Shown here: positions 47,952-57,645 of the stretch, one piece after another
How the letters are laid out: the number at the start of each line of letters is the position of its first letter
How positions within the stretch are numbered: position 1 is the first letter of the stretch
Assembly: GCA_963667845.2 (NCBI GenBank)
Contig: CAXXVL010000001.1
Location: 480,001-544,000, forward strand
Source: Smithellaceae bacterium
GTDB taxonomy: Bacteria > Desulfobacterota > Syntrophia > Syntrophales > Smithellaceae
Direction: 5' to 3'
Length of the DNA stretch: 64,000 nucleotides
The notes under the pieces: model-generated
The model's input: only the letters and a program-made list of their open reading frames with translations
What the model was told of the DNA's origin: nothing
Databases searched by the model: none
Made by a program: the position numbers and the translations under genes

Positions 47952-48211
47952 ATGAAACTCAATATTAAGGCATTCCACTGACTTGCGGCATCGTCTGGGG
48001 GCTGGGGCTCTTTTTCCTGACCTGGTGGCTGATCGTCCTTGACGGGTCTACGGGAGAACCTACACTCATCGGCAGGCTGTACCGGGGTTATACGATCTCT
48101 CCTTTCGGCAGCTTCATCGGATTGATCTGGGCGTTTTTTGACGGACTGATTGGCGGGGCCGTATTTGCGTGGCTCTATAACACAATAACGGGTTCGGCAA
48201 AGTCCGGTTAA
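47952..48211 (+). pseudogene. Frameshifted small 2-TM membrane protein (holin-like family)
   Basis: MKLNIKAF, then a 1-nt deletion near 47976, then LTCGIVWGLGLFFLTWW...LYRGYTISPFGSFIGLIWAFFDGLIGGAVFAWLYN...TAA; 260 nt, one short of a whole codon count. Confidence 0.75.
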
Positions 48212-48353
48212 TGTGGAAAAGAAGTATAGAACAAATCAGCGCACGAAAGAGGCGAATCCGCGCTGACGATGCCGACGGGTGTCGGCCGATCAGAGCGGAG
48301 AGGATTCAAATTCGCTGAGTGAAGGGCAGGGAGACCGAAAGATCGGGAATAGC

Positions 48354-49166
48354 ATGATGAAAAAATATCGCAGCTTACTGGTGATCGCCTGCTGCCTGAT
48401 TCTATCTGCCTGCGCCTCGACGCGGGATCTGGAAAAGGCAAGAGAGGACATGGGCCGTCGTGCGGACCAACTCCAGCAGAAGTCCGATACGCTGGATCGC
48501 CGGATCATGTCGCTGGAAACTGAGACGCAGGAACTGAAAAAAGGGTCCCAGGTGATGAGGCAAACGGAAGCAGGGGAGGTCGCCGATATCGATGATACCC
48601 GTGACAGGATGAATCAGTTGAGGGGCCGGATCGAGGTGTTGGAAAAGAACGCTACCGATATGAAAAACGATCTCACGGGTATGCAGGCAAGACTTGCCTT
48701 TCTGATGAAATACCTGGACCTCGATCATCAAAAATCCAAAATCGAAGCCCCCGATTCCGGACCGGCAAAGAGTGCCGGCGTGAAAGCGAAAACCAATGGA
48801 GACGAGGCCTATGAAATCGCCTGGAACAATTTCCGGGATGAAAATTTTGCCAGGGCGCGAAGTGAATTTGAAGCGTATCTGGCCGGCTATCCCAATGAAA
48901 GCAAAGCGGCCGATGCCTGCTTTTGGATAGCAGAATGCTACTATTTCGAAAATAATTTCGATAAGGCGGTGCTGCAGTATGATAAAGTCGTAAAGGATTA
49001 TCCTCAGTCGGGCAAGGTGCCCCGGGCTTTGTACAAGGAGGGGTTGAGCTTTTATCAATTGAACGACAAGATAACGGCAAAACTTCTTTTGCAGCAGGTG
49101 GCCGAGACGTACCCCGATACCCTCGAAGCGAAAATCGCTCAGAAAAAAATAGACGAAATGAAATAA
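48354..49166 (+). CDS. ybgF: Tol-Pal associated YbgF/CpoB-like TPR lipoprotein
   Basis: Lipobox LSAC; coiled coil; TPR motifs (ADACFWIAECYY, YPQSGKVPRALYKEGLSF). Confidence 0.85.
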   Translation: MMKKYRSLLVIACCLILSACASTRDLEKAREDMGRRADQLQQKSDTLDRRIMSLETETQELKKGSQVMRQTEAGEVADIDDTRDRMNQLRGRIEVLEKNATDMKNDLTGMQARLAFLMKYLDLDHQKSKIEAPDSGPAKSAGVKAKTNGDEAYEIAWNNFRDENFARARSEFEAYLAGYPNESKAADACFWIAECYYFENNFDKAVLQYDKVVKDYPQSGKVPRALYKEGLSFYQLNDKITAKLLLQQVAETYPDTLEAKIAQKKIDEMK

Positions 49167-49184
49167 AGCGGAGCAAACATTCGT

Positions 49185-49775
49185 TCAGTGATGTTCCTTA
49201 TGATTGCAGTTATGCAGGATCATAATTGCGGAAAAAGAAGCTCCGACCAGGATGACCGATCTTAACGCGGCAAAAAAGAGGGTATAGGTCAATGCCGAAT
49301 ACAGTGCGCGTTCCAGCGATTGTACGGATGGCTGAAGAAGGGCTCTCCAAATCATCACCTGAAAAAATAGAAAGATGATAATCGGCAGGGCCGCCTGCGT
49401 CCAGTACAGGGTTTTAAACTGGACGCGATCCTCAAGAGTCATGACACGCAGCCAACTGAGCTCCTTGTAATGCGACAGCATCAGGGCCAGAGTATTCGCC
49501 ACGACAATGCCCACCAGCGCCGGAACCCAGGTTTCATCCTCCATCAGCCGAAAAGAAATAAGAAAACAGCAGGAAAAATAAAGGAAGCAGGAAAATCCGG
49601 CTGCCCATACCCAGGAGGCGAAATGTGAAAAATCACCGATGCTGTCTATTCTCGAAATGGCCGTCGTATAGGCAAAGACGAGCGATATCAGCACCAGGCC
49701 GAAGAGCGTACCGGCCACTTGAGCGAGAGCCGAAAAACCTGATTCCATAGGGTCTCCTATTGCCAAATCTGACAA
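49185..49775 (-). CDS. Hypothetical multi-pass membrane protein
   Basis: About 5 hydrophobic segments; start uncertain. Confidence 0.6.
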   Translation of the reverse strand: MSDLAIGDPMESGFSALAQVAGTLFGLVLISLVFAYTTAISRIDSIGDFSHFASWVWAAGFSCFLYFSCCFLISFRLMEDETWVPALVGIVVANTLALMLSHYKELSWLRVMTLEDRVQFKTLYWTQAALPIIIFLFFQVMIWRALLQPSVQSLERALYSALTYTLFFAALRSVILVGASFSAIMILHNCNHKEHH

Positions 49776-50072
49776 CTTTCATTGTCTGAATATTATCGAG
49801 TATGCAGATTAACTACATTGTCTTAAAAGTAATAATTATTCTTTAAACGTAAATGGTATTTTCTCTGAAAAACATGGGAATACCAAACTAATTGTCAGCG
49901 ACTTTCTTTGCTTCCCATCACTTGGGCGCCGGTATTCTGCCCGCTCGCCTCACAAGCATTGAATAGACACTGACCGCCTGAATCATTAAATTATGTGTGT
50001 CCGGCGATAGCGAAGATATATAGATGCAGATACAGAAGCATTTCCTGACGAACGATACATGCAAATTGGACT

Positions 50073-51377
50073 ATGGGCGCCAAATCTTACATCGAAAAAA
50101 GAAGATCATCCCTTAAATTTCTGATGCGGGCTCTTGCTTACAGAAACTACCGGTTATTTTTCGGCGGGCAGGGCCTTTCTCTGATCGGGACATGGATGCA
50201 GCAGATCGCCATGAGCTGGCTTGTCTATCGGCTGAGCGGCTCGGTATTTCTCCTGGGCCTGATTGGGTTTACCGGGCAGATTCCTACCGTCATCTTCGGC
50301 TCTTTTGCCGGTGTTTACGTGGATAGATTGAACCGCCGCAATTTACTGATTGCCACCCAGGCGTTTTCCATGATGCAGGCTCTCCTGTTGGCATTTCTGA
50401 CACTCACGGGTCTTATCGCCGTATGGCATCTGATTGTGCTGAGCATCGTTCTGGGCATCGTCAATGCTGTCGATGTCCCGGCCCGGCAATCCTTCGTCAT
50501 CGATCTTGTGGAAAATAAGCGTGACCTGGGCAATGCGATCGCCCTGAATTCCTTTATGTTCAATGGTGCAAAACTTGTGGGGCCATCGATTGCCGGCCTT
50601 TTGATCGCTTATGTCGGGGAGGGGGTTTGTTTCCTGGCAAACGGCGTCAGCTTTTTTGCCATCATTTTGGCGCTCACGGCGATAAAAACCAGTCCAAAGG
50701 TCCGCGAGAAAAGTCCCGGGGCCCTGCTCCATGAGCTCAAAGAGGGATTTCGCTATGTATCCCGTTTTACCCCCATCAAGTACATCCTCCTTCTCGTGGG
50801 AATGGTGAGTCTGTTGAGCATGCCGTATATCGTTTTGATGCCTGTCTTTGCGCGCGATATCCTGCACGGCGGTCCCCATACCCTGGGCTTCCTGATGGGT
50901 GCAACCGGAATCGGCGCGCTCGCCGGCGCTCTGTATCTCGCTTCCCGCAAGTCCGTGATCGGCCTCGGACGCATCATCACTTTTTCCACCTGCCTTTTAG
51001 GTTGCGGACTGATTGCCTTTTCATTTTCCCGCTATCTGCCGCTTTCCTTATTGATGATGCTGATTACGGGTTTCGGTATGATTGTATCCGCGGCATCCTG
51101 CAATACGATCGTGCAAACCATCGTGGACGAAGATAAGCGGGGCCGCGTCATGAGCTTTTACGCCATCGCCTTCATCGGGATGGCGCCGTTTGGCTCTCTG
51201 ATCGGAGGAAGCATTGCCCATAACATCGGCGCACCTCTCACGCTTGCCGGCTGCGGCGTTCTTTGCATTGTCGGCGCTGTCTTCTTCTACTATCGACTGC
51301 CGCAGATACGCAAATCGGTGCGGCCGATATACCTGCGCATGGGTATTATTCAGGAAATGCCTACGGAACTTCAGTAA
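50073..51377 (+). CDS. MFS transporter
   Basis: NYRLFFGGQGLSLIGTWMQ, GVYVDRLNRR, PARQSFV, KRGRVMS; about 12 TM helices. Confidence 0.93.
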   Translation: MGAKSYIEKRRSSLKFLMRALAYRNYRLFFGGQGLSLIGTWMQQIAMSWLVYRLSGSVFLLGLIGFTGQIPTVIFGSFAGVYVDRLNRRNLLIATQAFSMMQALLLAFLTLTGLIAVWHLIVLSIVLGIVNAVDVPARQSFVIDLVENKRDLGNAIALNSFMFNGAKLVGPSIAGLLIAYVGEGVCFLANGVSFFAIILALTAIKTSPKVREKSPGALLHELKEGFRYVSRFTPIKYILLLVGMVSLLSMPYIVLMPVFARDILHGGPHTLGFLMGATGIGALAGALYLASRKSVIGLGRIITFSTCLLGCGLIAFSFSRYLPLSLLMMLITGFGMIVSAASCNTIVQTIVDEDKRGRVMSFYAIAFIGMAPFGSLIGGSIAHNIGAPLTLAGCGVLCIVGAVFFYYRLPQIRKSVRPIYLRMGIIQEMPTELQ

Positions 51378-51401
51378 GGGACGGCTTAATCGTAAGTCAT
51401 A

Positions 51402-51479
51402 TTTTTACAGATAGGGAAAATGAATATCAGCGATTGATGCAATAACCTGGAATTTTAAGGACGGACCAAACTCACCTGA
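51402..51479. repeat. Diverged ~77-bp direct repeat, copy A (copy B at 55325-55401)
   Basis: Shared blocks ATAGGGAAAA, AATAACCTGGAATTTTAAG and AACTCRCCTG. Confidence 0.7.
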
Positions 51480-51979
51480 TTTTTTCTTTCTTCGAGAACA
51501 CTCAGAAAAAACCCCAATAAGGCTGTTGCAAATTCAGACATGTTTTCGATTCTGTCGGATTTGCCTGTTTCGATTATCTTCGTCCGGCAGATCGGACCGG
51601 CGACGGCCAATGCCGTATAGCCGGCATTATGGCCGTAAGGACTCTTCGCAGGACCCGCCGCGCCGCCTTCTCCGATCACCCAATCCGCCCCGGTCTTCTC
51701 TTTGAATTTGAGCGCGATATCCAGGATCAGTTCGGGTGTTGAACCGCCATATCGCTGGTGCTCTTTTCGCCCCATGGCCACAATCTGCTCACGGATCCGA
51801 TAACTGTATAAAACCGATCCACCGATAAAAAATGAAGATGCTCCCGGAACCGATAGCAGGCATGCGGATACCAGACCGCCGCTGCTGGATTCCGCAACAG
51901 CCAGCTTCTCATTTGCCGCCGCCAGCATTGCCGCAATTATTTTTACCATGTCCGTTTGTTGGGGAGTAATAAAACTCAT
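51455..51979 (-). CDS. CinA C-terminal / PncC-like protein
   Basis: LAVAESSSGGLVS, VPGASSFFIGG, GAAGP. Confidence 0.87.
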   Translation of the reverse strand: MSFITPQQTDMVKIIAAMLAAANEKLAVAESSSGGLVSACLLSVPGASSFFIGGSVLYSYRIREQIVAMGRKEHQRYGGSTPELILDIALKFKEKTGADWVIGEGGAAGPAKSPYGHNAGYTALAVAGPICRTKIIETGKSDRIENMSEFATALLGFFLSVLEERKNQVSLVRP

Positions 51980-52072
51980 AAATTAAATACCATGCTTTCT
52001 CGCCGAATGGCAGTTTGAACTTCTCCCTGAAGTATGTGTCGCGGGATTCCACCCCGATTCCTCCCGAACAGT

Positions 52073-52414
52073 TTAATCCTTTTTGCCTTGCGGTTTTTTG
52101 ACGACTTCGGCAAGCCATTCGTTGACGTTCTTTTTTTCCTGCCCGGCGATCAGGGCTAAAATGCTATGAAGTGCAGGTTTCATGCGCACAACTGCGCGGC
52201 CGGCAGAAGGCTTTTCCGGCTCTTCGTTTCTTTCAGCGCAGCGATCAAGATAAGCGTCAACGGCTTTCTCAAAGGCTTGTCTGATTTCCGTTACGGACTC
52301 ACCTTGAAAAATTATGGAATCGCGAATATCGGAAATACAGCCGATAAGACATTGTTCTTTGTCGCTGTATTCAACCTTTGCCGAGTAGCCTTTATAGGTC
52401 ATTGGCTTGTCCAT
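52073..52414 (-). CDS. hicB: HicB-family antitoxin (no hicA seen nearby)
   Basis: MTYKGYSAKVEYS, FQGESVTEIRQAFEKAVDAYL, EPEKP, VRMKPALH; RBS GGAGGT. Confidence 0.85.
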   Translation of the reverse strand: MDKPMTYKGYSAKVEYSDKEQCLIGCISDIRDSIIFQGESVTEIRQAFEKAVDAYLDRCAERNEEPEKPSAGRAVVRMKPALHSILALIAGQEKKNVNEWLAEVVKKPQGKKD

Positions 52415-52577
52415 GGTTTTACCTCCATCTATGAATCCCATCGATCAATTCATTGCCCGGCGCAAGAACCAAGCGCTGATTTTTTGCCATTCCAAATTCC
52501 GGGGAGCGGGTTCGAAAAATATCGCGGCCAAAATCCTGCGGTGAGCGCCTGATAAGCTTAGTATGATACTAAATACA

Positions 52578-52736
52578 GATTGTCAATGATTGACACGTGA
52601 GCGTGGTGAGTAATCGTCATTCCGGTCTTGTGACCTCGTGTGACCTTCAGGTTATCAGGTTACGGAGGCCGGAACCCGGGATTTTTTGCTTTGAATGGTT
52701 AACTGGAAGCTGAAAACTTATATTTCAAGACCTGAT
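52578..52736. repeat. Cluster of REP-like repeats
   Basis: 52578-52608 matches 61700-61730; CGTCATTCCGG...CCGGAACCCGG hairpin; 52663-52736 matches the split copy at 57123-57145 plus 57590-57643. Confidence 0.7.
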
Positions 52737-52882
52737 CCGATTTATGCAATAGCCAATTTATTGGACGGAAGACAGCCGGAAGAGAGCACTTGATTTAAAT
52801 TTCAGGCGCATGTTATTGTACATTTCAAACCGTGCTTCGTGAAAGAGTTAAAGATCCTGTACGAACCTCAGGAGATTGGATC

Positions 52883-55225
52883 ATGTCGGACTCGCTCAGC
52901 ATCCTCATTTTGGAAGATAACCCGGCTGATGCCGAATTAATTCAATTTGAACTGCAGGAAGCAGGGATCATTTTTTCACCAACAGTCGTTGTGACTGAAG
53001 AAGATTATGTCCGCGAATTGCTGGAATCCTGTCCCGATCTGATTTTATCCGATTACGATCTACCCCATCAATACAATGGCGCTATGGCGCTTGCTGAGGC
53101 AAATAAGAGTTGCCCTGACACCCCTTTTATTCTCGTCACCGGAGCCGTCAGTGAAGACCGGGCTATCGAAATCCTTACCCAGGGGGCTAAGGATTATGTT
53201 CTGAAAACGCGGCTTCAGCAGCGGCTTGTACCGGCGGTCCAAAGAGCCCTTGCCGAGGCGGCAGAACACAGGGCGAGAAAGCAGGCGGAAGAGGAACTTC
53301 GTGAAGCGCACCGAACACTGGAAAAGCAGGTTGCGGAGCGAACCGAGGCATTGCAGCAAAGTGAAGAGCTCTACCATTCGTTATTTGAGAATATGCTGGA
53401 CGGGTTTGCTTATTGCAGGATGATTTATGATGGAGTGTATGCGCAAGACTTCGTATACCTTGATGTCAACAGATCGTTTACATTATTGACAGGATTGGAC
53501 AACGTTATCGGGAAAAGAGCATCTGAAGTCATCCCCGGCGTTCGGGAATCGGATGGCGAGTTGTTTGAAACTTACAGCAGGGTAGCTCTGACCGGCAAAT
53601 CCGAGAAATTTGAAGTGTACGTTAAAGCCCTGCAGATGTGGTTTTCAGTTTCGGTATACAGCCCCCAAAAAGAATATTTTGTGGCCGTATTTGACGTCGT
53701 CACCGAACGCAAACGGGTCGAGGAGGCTTTGCGGGACAGTGAGGAGCGTTACCGATTGCTTGCGGAAACGCTGCTGCAGGGTGTGGTGCATCAGAATGCG
53801 AGTGGCAAAATCATTGCCATGAATCCGGCAGCACAACGTATTCTGGGCAAAAATGTCGAAGAGTTTCTGGGCAGCAGTTCGGTTCAGGAAGAACATGACA
53901 CCATCCGCGAGAACGGGGAACGTTTTCCCGGTCTCGAACATCCGTCCATGGTTGCGTTGCGGACCGGACTTCCCATACACGGCGTGATCATGGGTGTATT
54001 CAACCCGAAGCTCGGTGATTACCGCTGGATCAGCATCGACGCCGTGCCTGTAGTTCGTAGAGGCGAGACACAGCCATCTGAAGTCTACACGGTTTTCGAG
54101 GACATCACCGAGCGGAAGCGGACAGAGGAGGAGCTGCGAAGGAGCGAGCACCTGTACCGCGCCATTGGTGAAACGATTGATTATGGCATCTGGGTGACTG
54201 ATCCGAACGGCCGCAACATGTATGCGAGCAAGTCTTTGCTCGATCTTGTTGGTTTGACCCAGGAGCAGTGCTCGAATTTCGGATGGATGAAAGTGCTTCA
54301 TCCGGATGATATCGAGCGAACCATAAAGGCATGGCAAAAATGCGCCCGAACCGGTAGTAATTGGAACATCGAACACCGCTTCCGTGGCTTGGATGGGCAG
54401 TGGTACTCTGTATTGGCTCGCGGCGTTCCCGTACGCAACGAAAAAGGCGAGGTCATCTTCTGGGCGGGAATCAATCTGGACATCAGCGATCTTAAGAAAG
54501 CAGAAGCGGTCTTGAAGGAGCGGACACGGCAGCTTGAAGAGGCCAACCGGGAATTGGAAAGCTTCAGCTACTCCGTCTCTCACGATCTTCGGGCGCCGCT
54601 GCGCGCTATTGACGGTTTCTCCCGGAAGCTCGAGCGCGAATATGGGGACAAGGCTGATGAGAAGTTCGTAAGAATGATCAACGTCATTCGCAGCAATACC
54701 AAGCTTATGGACGCTCTGATTGAAGATCTTCTTTCTTTTTCCAAGGTGCAAAATACCGGTATGAACACTGCCGCGATTAACATGGCACAACTGGTCAACG
54801 AAGTATGGGATGACATCCTTGCGGCTAATAAAAAACGCGAATTGGAATTCAGGACACTCATGATACTGCCCGGATATGGAGACCGGACTCTCATCAGACA
54901 GGTGCTTTTCAATCTTCTCTCCAATGCGGTTAAATTTACAAGGGATAGAAAACCTGGCATCATTGAAATAAGCAGCCATATCGAGTCTGATAAAATTGTC
55001 TATTGCGTCAAGGATAACGGTGCGGGTTTTGACATGGAATATTATGACAAGCTCTTCGGCGTCTTCCAGCGCCTGCATAGTCATGACGAGTACGAGGGAA
55101 CAGGCATAGGGCTCGCTATTGTCCAGAGGATCATCAAACGTCATGGCGGTCATGTTTGGGCGGAAGGAAAAGTGGACGGGGGAGCAACTTTTTGTTTTTC
55201 TCTGCCTTCAAAACAAACATCATAA
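52883..55225 (+). CDS. Cytoplasmic REC-PAS-PAS-PAS-histidine kinase
   Basis: ILILEDN, DLILSDY; PAS/PAC repeats; SFSYSVSHDLRAPLR, NLLSNAVKF, DNGAGFD, GTGIGL; RBS AGGAG. Confidence 0.94.
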   Translation: MSDSLSILILEDNPADAELIQFELQEAGIIFSPTVVVTEEDYVRELLESCPDLILSDYDLPHQYNGAMALAEANKSCPDTPFILVTGAVSEDRAIEILTQGAKDYVLKTRLQQRLVPAVQRALAEAAEHRARKQAEEELREAHRTLEKQVAERTEALQQSEELYHSLFENMLDGFAYCRMIYDGVYAQDFVYLDVNRSFTLLTGLDNVIGKRASEVIPGVRESDGELFETYSRVALTGKSEKFEVYVKALQMWFSVSVYSPQKEYFVAVFDVVTERKRVEEALRDSEERYRLLAETLLQGVVHQNASGKIIAMNPAAQRILGKNVEEFLGSSSVQEEHDTIRENGERFPGLEHPSMVALRTGLPIHGVIMGVFNPKLGDYRWISIDAVPVVRRGETQPSEVYTVFEDITERKRTEEELRRSEHLYRAIGETIDYGIWVTDPNGRNMYASKSLLDLVGLTQEQCSNFGWMKVLHPDDIERTIKAWQKCARTGSNWNIEHRFRGLDGQWYSVLARGVPVRNEKGEVIFWAGINLDISDLKKAEAVLKERTRQLEEANRELESFSYSVSHDLRAPLRAIDGFSRKLEREYGDKADEKFVRMINVIRSNTKLMDALIEDLLSFSKVQNTGMNTAAINMAQLVNEVWDDILAANKKRELEFRTLMILPGYGDRTLIRQVLFNLLSNAVKFTRDRKPGIIEISSHIESDKIVYCVKDNGAGFDMEYYDKLFGVFQRLHSHDEYEGTGIGLAIVQRIIKRHGGHVWAEGKVDGGATFCFSLPSKQTS

Positions 55226-55556
55226 GCGGCTTGTTCGCGACAATATCAGCCTCCTTCGTATGAGGATAGACAAGCGCCCGGGATACAGGGACATCCTAAT
55301 AATGTTCTCGTGTTTCCTCTATTCTTTAACAAATAGGGAAAACTGAAGATTGGCTTTTGACGAAATAACCTGGAATTTTAAGAGTGGCCTCAACTCGCCT
55401 GGTAAACTTAATTTCCTAAGGGTGTCCCGCACGGTGCCTGAGGGGGTTCAGGACATTCTTGACTTATTAGCTTGACATACAAGACCTGTTGTTCCTAAGC
55501 GTCTGTCACGAAAGAAAAGCATCAGTAATCAATAATGATCGCACGCAAGGAGAAAA

Positions 55557-56945
55557 ATGATGTCAGTGTCTGCAAGAAAAGAAAGCATATTGGTAATAGT
55601 CGCGAAAATGTCGGCAACGGCGGCAAGTGTTCTTGTCCTGGTAATCAGCCTGCTGTCTTGCAGCGGTGACAACACTCCGATTCCACGCTTTGCTGTCGGC
55701 GGCACAGTCAGCGGTCTGGCCGGCACCGGGCTGGTGCTGCAGAACAATGCCGGAGATAACCTGATGATTTCCGCCGACGGCACGTTTACCTTTGCCACGC
55801 AGATGGCCAGTGGCGCCGGTTACGCCGTCACGGTTATGACCCAGCCCCGCGTCTTGTACCAGATTTGCACGGTTACCAACGGCACTGGCACGGTTGCCGG
55901 CGCGCCTGTGACAAACGTGGCTGTAACCTGTGTAACGCCGCCGCCTCGCTTTGCCTACACGGCGAATCCCAGCACCAATAATATTTCCGCCTTCACCATC
56001 GAAGCCGCCACAGGTGCCCTGACACTCATGGCCGGTTCTCCATTCGCGGCGGGGTCATATCCGCAGTCCATTTCCGTAGATCCGGCGGGCAAATTTGCCT
56101 ACGTGGCAAATTACCTTACCAGCAATGTTTCAGCCTATGCGATCAATGTCACCACAGGCGCCCTGTCGCCGGTTGCCGGATCACCATTTGCGACAGGGGA
56201 ATATCCCTGGTCCATTGCCGTGGACCCGACAAGCAAATTCATCTACGTGTCAAGTTCCCTGCTTGTCTCGGGATACGCCGTTAATGCAACAACGGGCGCC
56301 CTGACGCCGGTGCCGGGTTCTCCGTATACCACCGGCGGCAACGCCTGGTCGGTCGCCGTCGACCCCTCGGGCAAGTTCGTCTGCGTTGCCAACGGGGCAA
56401 CCTGGACGGTTTCGGTTTATGCCATCAATGCCGCAACAGGCGCCTTGACATCAGTTGCCGGATCGCCGTTTGCAGTCGGGGCTTCTCCATACGCCGTTGC
56501 AATAGATCCGACAGGCCGGTTTGTCTATACAGTAAATTCCATTGCCAACAATATCACGGCCTTCTCTATCGATGCCGCCACGGGCGCCCTGACACAGGTT
56601 GCCGGATCGCCGTTTGCGACAGGGAATACCCCTCATTCGATCGCTGTGGACCCGACAGGCAAGTTTGTCTATGCGGCGAATGTTAACTCCAGCAATATCT
56701 CGGCTTACGCGATCAACAACGTTACGGGTGCCCTGACAGTGGTTGCCGGATCGCCGTTTGCGGATGGGTATCAACCCTGGTTCGTCGTCGTGGACCCCAC
56801 AGGAAAATTTGCCTACACGGCGAATCTGAACGCAAGCAATGTCTCGGCCAATACGATCAATGCTGCCACGGGTGTCCTGACAACGGTGACAGGATCGCCG
56901 TTTGCGGCCGGGGCTCAGCCCAATTCCATGATCGTTACCAGGTAA
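55557..56945 (+). CDS. Secreted lipoprotein with a small beta domain and a 7-bladed lactonase-like beta-propeller
   Basis: LLSC lipobox-like motif; VGGTVSGL...VAVTC domain; seven ~48-aa TGALT.V.GSPFA.G..P..VAVDP.GKF.Y repeats. Confidence 0.85.
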   Translation: MMSVSARKESILVIVAKMSATAASVLVLVISLLSCSGDNTPIPRFAVGGTVSGLAGTGLVLQNNAGDNLMISADGTFTFATQMASGAGYAVTVMTQPRVLYQICTVTNGTGTVAGAPVTNVAVTCVTPPPRFAYTANPSTNNISAFTIEAATGALTLMAGSPFAAGSYPQSISVDPAGKFAYVANYLTSNVSAYAINVTTGALSPVAGSPFATGEYPWSIAVDPTSKFIYVSSSLLVSGYAVNATTGALTPVPGSPYTTGGNAWSVAVDPSGKFVCVANGATWTVSVYAINAATGALTSVAGSPFAVGASPYAVAIDPTGRFVYTVNSIANNITAFSIDAATGALTQVAGSPFATGNTPHSIAVDPTGKFVYAANVNSSNISAYAINNVTGALTVVAGSPFADGYQPWFVVVDPTGKFAYTANLNASNVSANTINAATGVLTTVTGSPFAAGAQPNSMIVTR

Positions 56946-56980
56946 GCCTCGCTTGTATTTGCAGTCGTGAGCTGAAGTGA

Positions 56981-57120
56981 ATGGCAATGCAACGCTTTTG
57001 TTATCGGGCATCCCGCGAGTTGGGAATTTCCCTTGCCGAATTAGCAAGGCATTTAGGGATGACTGCCCGGGCTGTAAGTTATGCGGTTGAAAGGGGCGAC
57101 GCGACCGCTCGGGAAAATGG
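56981..57120 (+). pseudogene. C-terminal HTH remnant of a REP-associated tyrosine transposase-like gene
   Basis: FCYRASRELGISLAELARHLGMTARAVSYAVERGDATARENG; no catalytic HUH domain upstream. Confidence 0.6.
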
Positions 57121-57145
57121 CTGCGGAGGCCGGAATCCAGGATTT

Positions 57146-57589
57146 AGAGCGGTGGCAGTTGCAGCGGGGCGAGCCGTCGCTCAATGTCCTCGCCTGTGAC
57201 GCTAATTCCATTCCATATCAAGCGCTGCCTTTGTTGTCTGTGTCGCGAGCCCCCAGACGTGGGGGTCGGCTTCCTCAGCGTATTACCAATACGCCTCCGG
57301 GGCCTCCTCCTGGCCGCCGCGGCATCATCCTGATCTGGAATGGAATACGGCTCATTCCGCTACAGCCAAAAACTCGCCCTTTGGGCTCAAACAGTTTGGC
57401 TGTCTTATGTTACATTCGTGAAACTCCAATTCCAAATATAACCTGAAAGTCACACGTTGGAATTGGTAAGTTGAACAATCCCGCACAGCGGAGGCAATGA
57501 AAAATACCATTTTTCGTTGCCGTGGTTCGCTAAGCGCCACAACATTTCAGGCATGATTCGCTAAAGTCACACCGCGCTGCAACTGCATG
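57146..57589. mobile_element. ~440-bp non-coding TIR element (MITE-like) inserted into a repeat
   Basis: GCAGTTGCAGCG (57155-57166) and CGCTGCAACTGC (57575-57586) form a perfect 12-bp inverted repeat; the flanks rejoin to the uninterrupted sequence at 52663-52736. Confidence 0.75.
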
Positions 57590-57645
57590 TTTTTTGCTTT
57601 GAATGGTTAATTGGAACCTGAAAACTTATATGTCACGACCTGACT

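Noticed and set aside
47952..52414. Prophage interpretation based on the holin-like gene and hicB
   Set aside because: No integrase, terminase, structural or endolysin genes.
53645..55153. 502-aa minus-strand ORF
   Set aside because: Antisense to the PAS histidine kinase; no recognisable domain.
55950..56930. Regularly spaced DNA repeats as a possible CRISPR array or DGR
   Set aside because: They are in-frame propeller blades of about 144 nt; no cas or reverse transcriptase gene is present in the window.
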